A stretch of 48,547 nt of DNA, counting the filler, from Jimgerdemannia flammicorona (taxonomy: Eukaryota), in the NCBI GenBank assembly GCA_003990765.1. It is 2 parts of 2 records of this genome, joined end to end, with 100 filler letters (N's around TTAATTAATTAA, not from the genome) between each part and the next. Parts side by side here need not be neighbours in the genome. Positions count along the whole stretch, not along the records: positions 1 to 24,224 come from RBNJ01001004.1; 1 more part is not named here. One strand, given 5' to 3'. The notes under the pieces were generated by a model that was given only the letters and a program-made list of their open reading frames with translations, ran no database searches and was not told where the DNA came from. Shown piece after piece: positions 12,921-24,224 of the stretch (position 1 is the stretch's first letter; the number at the start of each line of letters is the position of its first letter). The position numbers and the translations under genes are program-made.

Positions 12921-14412
12921 TGTCATGTAGTAGTTGCTGAGTCCTTCAAATATGCCAGATTCTCTTCAAGATGTATCTCTTAGACTAACTCAAGTTGTTA
13001 TAAGCAAGTTCTTATTGGAGTGCCTTCCCAAGGTCCCATAGTCCTCAAACTTCTTATCTTTAACTGTCTTGTTATCTCTTAGATTGCTTGTAAGGAAGTA
13101 TGTGTATTGCACTGAGAAGACTGACTTTATTTCAGAGGAAATAAGAGAGGTATTTATACAAAATATAATTCAATGGTTGCTAAGATATAAAGCTAAATAT
13201 AAATTCCAATAACTAAAACTACTAAGTTCCAGGGCTGGCATTATTTAGTGTCACATCAAAATACCGATGCTGGAACAATTTTGCATCACCTCAGAATGCT
13301 GGTGCTGGCATTATCCTGTATTACATAAGAATACCGGTGCTGGCATTATCTAGTATAACAAAGAACTTAGAGCAGAAAGTTCAGGATCATGGGGGCTTCA
13401 TCATCATCATTACTGAAGGAGATGAGATCTGCAAATTTATCATTTTCGCGTGCTTCAATGTTATGCGGGATGACATCATCGATGACGTCATCACGTTCGG
13501 CTGTGGCAGGGAAATCGGGGACAAGGTCTGGAGCTCTCCAGTCTATGAGGTTCTCTTCCACAAAATAAGGAACAAATGTGAGGTCTTGGAGAGATCTAAC
13601 CTGGATGCTTGGGCCTTGGAATACTGACATCAATTCTTGCAGGAATTGATCTGGGTTGTCCTGAAGGATAGGGTGCCAGAAGTCTTCTACTTCTTTGCTG
13701 TTGAGGGTGATAGTGGACTGGGCTTCTGTAGCCACCCTGGCTTCTAGTGCATTGATATGGCAGGATAATAGGTTTCTGAAATCTGAGACTCTAACATACT
13801 CTAAGTTGGGGATCGACTATAGTGCATGCCTGAAGATCTGATGGATCTTCCTAGCTGTTCTTGTTTCACGTATATCCATAGAAGTGGTATCTTGTAGCTC
13901 TTAGGTGCTGGCCTGTGGGAACTCCCAGCAGAGGAGGTTTCCTATTTCATACTCCTGCCACATTTGGAGGCATTCAGTAGCAATGGTGATCCTTGTTTCC
14001 ATTTTGTAGCGGTAGAGGATAAAGTGATAAGGGTCTGTAGTATCTAGGTTGATACTAGGAGTCCTTCTTGAGCAGGTCCTCATAGCTCTTCTGATGTCTT
14101 GGAACATCCTTTCCTCAACTGAGATACCTTGGTGATTCCTTGATCTTGAGGTTTGGTGGGCAGCAGGCATTTTATTTGTGGTAAGTCTTTGAGCTATTTT
14201 GGGATTAGTGGTTCTTGTTGGTTGCTGCTACTGTGGTTCCTTGATCCTTCTTTTATATTCTTCAGGATGCTTATACTGTGGTCACAATGACTCACAGTTG
14301 GTCATTATTACTCATCTCATATGTCATATGATCTTCTTGTGCTCCGATCTGGTAGCTTATAAAGAAAGGCTGTCTTCTGTGCTGATGTCATCATTCTGGG
14401 GTCATCGTTATA
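12921..14412 (-). repeat. 5' LTR (1,492 bp)
   Basis: TGTCATG...CGTTATA, colinear with the other two LTRs. Minus-strand TATAAATA at 13151-13158. Confidence 0.95.
13367..14170 (-). pseudogene. LTR (U3)-encoded 267-codon ORF, copy 3
   Basis: ORFs 13901..14170 and 13367..13735 are in the same frame. ATG-to-stop span is 804 nt, identical to copy 1. The stop at 13901-13903 is CAA in the other copies. Confidence 0.7.
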
Positions 14413-17400
14413 ATATCTATGATATAGATATCTATGATCTTAAGTAATATCTATAAGCTACTGATAAAGTTGTATCTAAAATATAATAGGTCACCAGATA
14501 CTTCATAATATTAAGAAACTCTCAAGTAAATAGACTTATTATCAGAAATAGTATAAATACTTTAGAGATACTAGATAAATACAATGTCTCTATATTTAAA
14601 CAATATATTTTGCTCCATATCTACTAATTGTTCAAGAAAATATCCTTTGCTATTAGTAATATATACATATATAAGAGATAGCTCTTGTTGAAATTGGTAG
14701 TCTCAATGATAACCACATAACTTAAGTAGAGTTAGATCTTACAAATGACTTTAACCTTCAAGACTGCTATAATGATAATGCTTGGTTTTATAAGAATGAG
14801 ATATTTACATGGCTCTTTCTGATATATCTTATATTATATAAATATATATTACCTACTTTTATACTGTTCTTTGGAGAAATGTCTTAAGAATATATCCTCA
14901 AATCAGAGTTCTACAGAGTGTACTAGGCAGAGTGATCTCAGTACATTTGGCTGGCAGTATGTGGGTAGGGGTCAGGGAGTAGGGTTAGATATGCTGAGCA
15001 CTTTAGTAGATAGAAGGGAGATCAGCAGTAGTGGAGGAGGAAACAAGGTGCAGCCAGAGAGAAATTGGATGAGCTTTGCTAAGAAGGTCAAGTAGGGGAG
15101 TCTGGCAGCTAGACTGGATAGATGGCTACAGAGTGGCAAGGGAAAGACTACTACTGGGGGGCTGGGAGAGGCTCCCTTGAGGGTGTCTGGTAGAAGGGCT
15201 AGTAGTGTAGTAGCTGGGAGTATGACTGCTAATAGAGTAGTGACTGGTAATCTGGAAAAAAATACAAATGTAACTGCTGATGGTAAGACTGAGAAGATGG
15301 GGCCCAGCTGGGTAGAGGACCTAGCAGATGATGTGATGGGCCTGACAATGGCCCCATTACTCAAAAAGTCAATTTTAGAGTTCATAATTACTTTGTGCTT
15401 CTGGGGCTTAGCAGTAATAGTAAAAATAGTCTTGGGGCTAATTGCTAAGCAGATGGATAGTATGGTGTCCATGAAGTTTCTGAGGGGTTTGAAAGGAGTA
15501 GAGGTGGGCTTTGAGGAGGCTAGGCTATTGAAGGCCATACTGAAGACAGAGCTGACTATTGGAGAGGTATGTGTCTCAATAGTATGATACTTGAGATAGG
15601 ACTCCAGGGTGGTATAACTTCTGGTAAAAGGAGTATCTACAGTGACTACTGTAGAAATAAGGAGGAGAGTTGAGGAGATCATAGCTGAGTATAGAGAGGT
15701 AGTTGATGTTGGGTTTCAGGTCTAGGAAGGGACCTCATTTAGGATAGAAAATGTTGATATCTGAATTTGGCTGGCTGAGAGAGAGACTACCAGGAAGACT
15801 CATAATTGGCCATCAGTAATAGTGTGGAGGGCCTTTGTATATAAGATGATGAGAGTGAAGGAGAGTGAGAAGAAGAAGGAGGATTTATTGGAGATACTGA
15901 AGGAACTAAGTAGTATAGTAGAGCATAGAGCAAAGGCTTGGAAGATATATGTAGAGTTGATATACTTAGAGATAGTGGATGGGAAGTATGTCTGAATTGA
16001 TAAGAGGCTGTGAGAGAGGTTCTAAGGGTACAAGAGGTAGAGGGAGTTGCTGGCAAATCTGGAAGAGAAGGTGAAGAGGAATACTGGAGGCATTGAGGAT
16101 ACTGAGAGTGCCAAAGTGAGTATCTGGGTCAGCAAGAGAGGAGAAAATGTGAAGGAGGGTCCTGAAGAGGCTGGAAAGGTACCAAGCAAAGACCCATATA
16201 CAGATAGTATGTTTGAAGTCTGAGAAGATACTCCTCTTATCAGAAGGGATCTAGCCTCAAGGAGCAGGACAGCAGAGAATGTGCCTATGTAAGAGGCTCA
16301 GCAAGTATACTTTGGAGTTCCCAAGATGGTGAAAGAGAGTCAGGTAGTAGTGATAGATGAGGATGAACTGGTGAATATACCTGAGAAGGAGTGGGATGAG
16401 ACTGTGAGTGCAGGGACTGATACCTCAATACTGGGAGAGAGGAGATAAGTAACTTCAGATAGAAAGGAGGTGGAAAACCTATAGTGAATGTATTAGATGA
16501 TAAACAACTTGATGGCTAAGAAGTTGGGTGATGTGGACCTAAAGGTGCTTAGTGATGATCAATGGGTATGAATTTTGTATGAAGATGAAGTAGTAGAGGT
16601 CCTGAAGGTTGAGGTACTTGTAGTTTTCTTAAAAGAGTATGAGATTGATAAGACAAAAGAGGCAGAACTAGTGGTTATTGCTAGGGAGTGAGCTACTCTT
16701 TGGTAAGTGGAGAGATATGGATTGTAGCTCTGACAGAAAGCTTACTTAGAGTATTGTGAGGATGTTGAGGAAAAGAAGGATGAGGAGTTAGCAGAACTAC
16801 TGGTAGAATTGGAGGCTAAGAGAGTTGAAGAGGAGGAAGTAGCTATTGAATACAATTTAGACTTAGTACAGGAGGAGATAAATGTGAAGCTATAGAGAGT
16901 ATACTTGACTTTTAACATTACTTCCTATAAATAGTACAACTAATATTTTTTTCTTTGAATATAAATAGACTATGTAGTTCAGTATAATAATGGAATATTT
17001 TTACTTAGCTGAAAATATTGAGGGCTGATCTCTTTCTTTTACAGGATATCAGATATGAGAATGACTTAGATAGACTAGATTGGATAAAGAAATGAGAAGA
17101 TAAGGCAGTCTGGAAGAGTAAGATTGGGATTTTTATTTGGAGAGACAAAGGAGAGATATAAGATGTGAGGAGCTTGGAGAGACTGACTGGTTTGGAGAGA
17201 GTAGAGTCAACTGGATTGAGAGCCAATTACAGTAGGTTTCTACTACTATTCTGCTGTGTAAGGTAAGTGGATGGAGTGGGTGAAGAGACTCTAAGAAAGT
17301 GGGGCCCTTGTAGAGGCTGAAGTAGACATTCTTGGAGGGGACTTTAATATAGTTAGAGATGTATTGGCAGATAGAACTGATAGAGGGTAGGGAGCTGGAG

Positions 17401-17684
17401 GTCAAAGTGGAGGAAGTAAAAAGGCTGAGCTCTCTGGTAGATGCTGGAAAGGAGTTCTAGAGTAATAAGAGGGTTTACACATACTGAGAAAATGGTCTGA
17501 AGATAAGAATTGACTGAGTACTGATAGCAGACTGCTGGAGTTTAGATGTTTGAAAGTTACTAGAGACTGAGTGGTGTCTATGGTCTGATTATTAGAAACT
17601 ATTAGGACAGAGTCATTTTGGGGAGAGCAGAGATAGGCCTAGATATTGGTATCTTAACTCCTCTCTGCTTGTAGAGGAAGAGCT

Positions 17685-19034
17685 GCATATGGTATACCAT
17701 CTCTCTCTGGTATAATTTGCATTACACAAACTTCAAGTAATGGTTTTACATACAACTCAGAGAAATAAACATGGGCAATATAGGCAACATGGGCAAGATG
17801 GGCAAGATGGACAAGATGGGCAAGATGGCAAGATCACAAGATGGGTGACATGGGCAAGACAAGCAGATAGCAAGACAGGTGATATGGGCAAAATGGGCAA
17901 TACAGGCAATATGGGCAACATGGGCAACATGGGAAATATGGGCAACATGGGCAACATGGGTGGGCAAGACAGACAAGATGGGCAAGATAGGCAAGATGGC
18001 AAGACGACAAGATGGGTGACATAGGCAAGATGGGCAAGATGAGCAAGATAGACAAGATGGGCAAGATGGGCAAGATGGGCAAGACGGACAAGATGGCAAG
18101 ATGGTAAGATGGGCGACATGGGCAAGATGGGCAGATGGCAAGACAGGAGATATGGGCAAGATGGGCAAAATGGGCAAAATGGGCAAAATAGACAAAACGG
18201 ACAAAATGGGCAACATGGGCAATATCAGCAACACGGGCGGGCAATATGGGCAACATGAGCAGGCAATATAGGCAACATGGGCAATACAGGCAACACAGGC
18301 AACACGGGTAACATGGGTGGGCAAGATGGGTAAGAAAGGTAAGATGGCAAGATGGGTGACATAGGCAACACAGGCAACACAGGAAACACGGGTAACATGG
18401 GTGGGCAAGATGGGTAAGAAAGGTAAGATGGCAAGATGGGTGACATAGGTAAGATGGGCAGACAGCAAGACAGGTGACATGGGCAAGATGGGCAAAACAG
18501 GCAAAATAGGCAAAACAGGCAATATGGGCAACATGGGTAATACAGGCAACATAGGCAACATGGGCAGGCAAGATGGGCAAGATGGGCAAGATAGGTAATA
18601 TGGGTAACATGGGCAAGATGGACAAGATGGGCAATATGGGCAACATGGGCAGGCAACACAGGCAACACAGATAACACAGGCAATATGGGCAGGCAAGATG
18701 GGCAAGATGGGCAAGATAGCAAGATGGCAATACAGGCAACATGGGTGGGCAAGATGGGCTAGATGGGTAAGACAGGAGGTACTAATAGGGGTAGGTCAGA
18801 TGCACTAGATGCCAAGTACTTGAGGTGGTTGGGGTTCACAACCCATACCCACTGGGTGGAGCAGGCCAGGTAGAAGGATCTAGTTACTCGGGCAGTAAGA
18901 TCACAACTCATACTCTAAAGGTGTAAGGCTGAGAGTGGGTTAAGATTGGAGTAGAATGGGACTACTGATGTTGTAAGAGGATATGTGGTATGTTATAGAT
19001 AGTTAATAAATGAGTAACAAGGGGCAAAAAAAAA

Positions 19035-19091
<57 letters not shown>
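17685..19091 (+). mobile_element. Polyadenylated 1.4-kb retroposed insertion with an internal VNTR, nested in the LINE
   Basis: Perfect 14-bp TSD GTAGAGGAAGAGCT at 17671-17684 and 19092-19105. AATAAA at 19005-19010. Poly(A) at 19026-19091. Confidence 0.9.
17770..18775. repeat. About 1-kb minisatellite of 9-bp units (ATGGGCAAG/ATGGGCAAC) with higher-order duplications
   Basis: Directly visible. A block of about 80 bp at about 18290-18370 is repeated at about 18370-18450. Confidence 0.95.
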
Positions 19092-19094
<3 letters not shown>

Positions 19095-22074
19095 GAGGAA
19101 GAGCTATAGAATAGATAGACTATGAGTATTTAGAAGAAGATTGACAGTTGGATTAGTGAGGGACTTTCTATAGATACTTATTGAGGGTGATTGAAGAAGA
19201 GTGCCAGGGTTTACTAAGGAGAGGCTGGTCAGATAGTAGGAAGATAGAGGAGGGGGAGGGTGTATTGGGTCTCTGGCAGACTTACTCAACTATAGGATAC
19301 TTAGGCTGAATTTCTGAGCTTAGAAGGAGTTGATGATTAGAAGTTAATATGTACCAAACTGAAAGTAGTAGAGCTATAAACTATCTTGAGAGAGGAGGAG
19401 GAGATGTATGTGAAGAGGATGGTTGCTCAGCTATAATGGCAGGAGTTGAAAGAGAGAGAGAGGTCCTCTAGATATCTTTCTCAGCTGCTTTGGACCAGAC
19501 AGACAAAGTAGAGATGGGATGGTATAGTTGATTCAGCAGATATGGTTATTCATAGTACCCAGCAGATCCTAGGCTCTCTTAAGAAATGATGGAGCAATTT
19601 GTAGAGTGAGAAAGATGGGGGTACTGGTGCTGAGGACATTAAGCTTATTCTGGAGGATTGAAGTCTGCCCCCAGTAGATAGTATTGAATGGCTATCCTGA
19701 CCTGTTCAGAAGGAGGAGATTCAGTAAGTTATTTCTACTATAAAGTCAGGCATAGCCCCAGATAAGGATGGACTCCTTTGGGATTTCTGGAAATAAATAG
19801 TGGGAGTCTCTGGAGTTCTTTTAGAAATGATAGTACTGTATGATTATATTCTCTTGACAGAGAGGTAGGTTGGCAAGCAGGATCTTAGCTTAGTGATCTT
19901 ACTCTATAAGAACAAGAGTGATAGAGAGGATTAGAGAAACTGAAGGCTAATCATACTCCTAGATATGAATAAGAAGTTGGTTACCAAGATGATAGTGGTA
20001 TGCCTACAGCATATGGCCCAACAGATGCTAAGTGAGGAGCAGTGTGGCTTTGTTGGAGGATATCTCATTTGAGATAGTACTGTATGGATACATGATATCA
20101 TCGAAGGGGTAAGGATGAGTGGTCTGGATAGGAGGCTAGTTTTTTTGGATCAAGAGAAGGTCTATGATTGGGTGAGATATATTTGACTAGATAAAGTACT
20201 TGACAGGATTGAGGTCTCATGATAATTCTGGACCTCAATAGTTAGCCTACTGAAAGGTAGTAAGGTGGCTATCTTATATAATGGTCACAGAAGTATAATG
20301 TTTACTCTAGAAAGAGAGGTCTCTCAAGAAGATCCATTGTCACCCATTCTCTATGCTCTCTCTTTGGAACTCCTAATAGATAGGATAAGACAGAAGGTGG
20401 CTGAGTTATCAGTATTCAGAGTCATTTGGAAGGTGTGGGCCTTTGCTAATGCTACATATAGTAGTAGAACTTGGCTCTGTAGCCAATATAGTAGTATTGA
20501 GAGAGATGGTGGAGTGATATGAGACTTATTCTAGTATGAGGCTAAATTGGTCTAAGTATAAGATAATGGTGCTTAGGAATGGAGTAGTGGGAGGGGATAT
20601 TATTGGAACAATTGTCCTAGTTAGTGAGACTATATAGTTCTTGAAGTCTATCTGTCAGTATATGGGTCTATTCTGACCAGAGCCTGATGGGAGAGCAGGG
20701 TCTCAAGTTAGGGAGAAGTACTTTGGAGCTAGGGAGGGTATCATATATCTCTGGCTGGTAGAGTGGCAATTCTGAATATTTATTGGCTCCCAAAGATATG
20801 GTACTTGGTCTACTATCTGGATTTCTCTCCTTAAGTAGTAAAGTGGCTATTGAAGTTGGCTAAGAATTAGATCTGGGTGAAGTATTAAAGTCAAATTAGC
20901 TGAAATACTCTTTTACTATGGGTGAACTATGGTGGTCTTGATCTAGTAGATTTTCTAAAGAAGCTATATTGCTTGAGGGTCTGGTGGCTGAGAAGAGTGG
21001 TGGAACTACAAGAGAGTAGCTAGGTCTCTTTAATACAGAAAGTGTGGGAGCTGAGAGTTTTCTCAAGGAGTTTTATAGAGAACCTACTATCACTAGTGGG
21101 TCTATAGGACAGTGGGAGTTTTTACTTCAAAGGACTCTGGTAGAGGATTGCTATAGAGGTACATTGAATTGGACTAAAGTGACAGAGTGATGAGAGAGAG
21201 ATATATTGGGGGTTGGTGATGTGGTACTAAGATAGGCTCTTACTCTCTTGTTAAATTTGATATTAGAGATGGGGTTGAGTGCCAGAGGGAGATGGAGTTG
21301 GATATGTGGCCAGTGGATTGGCAGAGAATTGGTATAGATAAGGAGTGAGACTGGGATGGAGTTTGGTCCTAGAGTGCTGAGGTCAAGCAGTAACTTCCCC
21401 CTAAGTTCTGAGTGGTATAGTAGTATATATTGAGGAGAAATATCATGCTGAACTTCCACTCTAGTTATTTGATTGAGGGTGGTGAGTTTTAGTGTGAGGA
21501 GTACCTTAATGTAGGGTAGGAAGAGAGGTTTGTACAGTTATCTGAACATTGATTGAGGGAGTATGAGGTACTTGGTAGTTTCTAGATCACTGTAGGAGAG
21601 TGTCTGAGAGTCTATAGACAGGGAGATGAGGTGAGGGGCCATTGGGAGGATTTGAAGGAGCACCTTATAGGGGGAGTGGGAATTATATATAGCTGGGCCT
21701 TAGTGATTTAGATGGGGTTGACTAGATATTAGCTCTTTGTATTTGAGAAAGAAAGGTACAGAGAGATTGGCAAGATAGGATAGACTGATGGAGGATCTCT
21801 TGATGGACTGGTGAGTGGGCTAGAGGCCTCAGAGTGATCATCACTACTGGTTTATAGAGAGAATCTATATATAGAGCAGAAGTTGAATAGAGGTAATTGA
21901 GGGCCAAGTAATCTTCAAATAAGTGAGAGTTAGTGGGATCTCTTCTAGGGGAATTGGATAGTGGGTCAGATCAGATATTGTAAGTAATATAGTAATATAA
22001 CATAGAATATAATAATAAAGTAAGGAGTCTAAGTAACTGTAAAAAAAAAAAAAAAAAAAAATAAGATATTCAAC

Positions 22075-22457
22075 TAGTGCTCCCAATGAATCGAATCGAA
22101 TCGAATTTGGCCCAAACTCAATTCGATTCAATTGAATCAAGGGTCCAATTTGATTCAATTTAAATTGAATCAAAGGTCCAATTCGATTCAAAGTTCAATT
22201 CAAACCTTAATATTAAAAATGTAATAACTCGACGAAAACTCATCCAAATTTATTGTATTTTAGCTTGTTAGATTCACCGTATTAATGTGATTCTAACAAG
22301 CTAAAGTATGTTAGATTTGGATGAGTTTACGCTGAGTTATTGCATTTTGAAAATCAGGGTTTGAATCAGACCCTCAATTCAATTTGACTTTTGATTCGAT
22401 TCAAATTGATTCAAATTGAAAAATCCCCAATTTGATTCGACTCATTTGGGAGCACTA
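22075..22457. mobile_element. hAT-type MITE, 383 bp, largely palindromic
   Basis: TIRs TAGTGCTCCCAA(A)TGA(A/G)TCGAATC at both ends. 8-bp TSD TATTCAAC at 22067-22074 and 22458-22465. GAATC/GATTC subterminal repeats and a long internal inverted repeat. Confidence 0.93.
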
Positions 22458-22875
22458 TATTCAACTCTATTATTAATTTCTTCTAAAGACTAATTGTATA
22501 AGTCTTTATCTCTACCAATATATGGCTATCTGACTACTTTATCTCTATATTATAAATCATAAGATCAAAAACTAGCTCAGAAGAGCTAACCTATTTCTCA
22601 TCTGATATAGAGATAGATGAAGAGTCTCTAACCCCTTATATAGAAGTCTATTACTACTCTATAATATAATAAAATACTATATCATAAGTCTTAGTTAAAA
22701 TCTAGAACAATTACTTCATAATTAGTATATAAAAATAATATCATTAAATAGCATTATTATGACTTTGTAATGACATCATTATAGTGTAACTTTTATATTA
22801 TTTCTAGTGACTTTTTATCTGCCAATAGTTAGTCAATATTAAGAGGCCTTTAAAATATATAAATATCTCCAGAGA

Positions 22876-22990
22876 TAGTACTTCAAATGAGTCAATTTAA
22901 TTCAGATTAGATTCAGATTAGATTTGGATTAAATTCTATCTGGATCAACTTGAATAAAAAATGAGCTGATTCAGATTGATTTGAATTGAC
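22876..22990. mobile_element. Eroded end of a related hAT-like element
   Basis: TAGTACTTCAAATGAGTC resembles the MITE TIR with transitions and is followed by GATTCA/GATTA subterminal repeats. Confidence 0.5.
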
Positions 22991-23433
22991 TATTGTTTTG
23001 ATTTCCAAATTAGACAATTAAATGTTTACATTAATAACTTGATGAATAATTATCTAATTTTAATGATTTTGATATTATTTGAAAGTCCTTAATAAGACCC
23101 TTTTAATGATATCAAGAATATTAAAATCAGATTATATATTGTTGAGCTATTAAGGAAAATGTTCTTTTGAAGAAATTTCCAAAATTGGTAAGTTGAATAA
23201 TTTTCAAAATTGGTAAGTCAGACATTTTCCTTAATAACTCAGCAATGAATGATCCAATTTTAATATTCTTAGTATTGTAACAAACCAAAACATACCACCT
23301 GAATTATAACTTAGCCAGATGATGTGAACAATTAGTATACCTATACAGCATGATATGACTTCCAGTATATCATAGTTACCTATGTCCACCACATCTATAA
23401 TTAGCCAAGACACCAGATCAGGATTATTTATCT

Positions 23434-23526
23434 ATGTCCTGAGGACACACTCATGTCCTGCGGACACACTTATGTCCTGTGGACACACTCATATCCTGCA
23501 GACACACTCATGTCCTGCAGACACAC
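23434..23526. repeat. 19-bp tandem repeat, about 5 copies (ATGTCCTGCGGACACACTC)
   Basis: Directly visible. Confidence 0.85.
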
Positions 23527-23845
23527 CTGTACCCAGAGGACACATCCAAACATTACCGGAGATAGCAAATCTATAGTTAGCCACATAGCAATCAGATAGC
23601 AACCAACTTGTATAAATTACCCCAGAGATAAGAGTGAATAAACCTCAGTCTGAAAAGTCTGAAATTGAAGCAAAAGACAAGTCTGCCTACCACACTTCGA
23701 GAGAAATTCTATAGCCACTGTTAGGAGATTGTGAGCTTATTTCCCCTTTCCACTCTGGTCCACTTTCCGATACAAAGCTGATTTGCCACCAAGTTCAAGG
23801 AAGAACTTCGCCACCATTTGAGTAGTCTGCCACTTAAGGAATAAG

Positions 23846-24224
23846 TAGTGCTCCGAATGAATGGAGTTGATCCGGATGAGATTCGATTCAGATTCGTCAT
23901 GTGATGGATTCGAATCAACTCGGATTGGTCTCATGATCTGATCCGGATTGATCCGGATTGATCTGGATTGATCCATCCGGATTGATCCATCCAGATTGAT
24001 CCATCCAGATTGACCATCCAGATTGACCCATCCGGATTGACCCATCCGGATTGACCCATTCGGATTGAAATCTTTGGTGACGTCACCCTTTCTTTTGTTC
24101 ATTTCGCTCTTGTTTTTTTTTCCTGCCGCACTTTGGTGACATCACCCTTTCCTTTGTTCCCTCTCTTTTCTTTGTTCTTTTTCTTTGTTCTTTCCTGCCG
24201 CATCACGAGCAAACAAAACAGCAG
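23846..24224. mobile_element. Left end of a young hAT-like DNA transposon running into the contig end
   Basis: Starts TAGTGCTCCGAATGAAT, the same TIR family as the MITE. Followed by an array of ATCCGGATTG(A/ACCC) subterminal repeats at about 23935-24068 with CpGs retained. Confidence 0.65.

Larger units (their letters stand above)
5737..14412 (-). mobile_element. Full-length, inactivated Ty3/Gypsy (Metaviridae) LTR retrotransposon, 8,676 bp, order gag-PR-dUTPase-RT-RNaseH-IN
   Basis: Direct-repeat LTRs 5737-7223 and 12921-14412 with TG...CA termini (the second CA mutated to TA). 4-bp TSD ATAT at 5733-5736 and 14413-14416. PPT next to the 3' LTR. RT-RH-IN domain order. Confidence 0.96.
14900..22061 (+). 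mobile_element. Degenerate L1/Tx1-like LINE (ORF1 region, APE endonuclease, RT, poly(A) tail)
   Basis: APE motifs FSLNIN (about 16950), LLQD (about 17040), ILGGDFN (about 17330), RID (about 17508), W.LNSSLL (about 17650). RT motifs APDKDGL (about 19755), EQCGFV (about 20040), FLDQEKVYD (about 20145), QEDPLSPILY (about 20325), AFAN for FADD (about 20440). Poly(A) at 22041-22061. The 5' boundary is estimated from base composition. Confidence 0.88.

Noticed and set aside
228..14447. Plus-strand ORFs repeated in each LTR (MRIPVL..., MGLVVLVG...)
   Set aside because: Antisense shadows of the minus-strand U3 ORF and promoter. Their recurrence only reflects LTR identity, and some start at non-ATG codons or end outside the LTR.
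14972..15682. 236-aa minus-strand ORF and similar Ser/Leu/Pro-rich ORFs
   Set aside because: Antisense to the purine-rich LINE ORF1 region; a compositional artefact.
17740..18752. Long ORFs (up to 322 aa; Cys/Pro-rich or MLP repeats) suggesting metallothionein- or keratin-like proteins
   Set aside because: They are stop-free translations of a 9-bp minisatellite in several frames at once.
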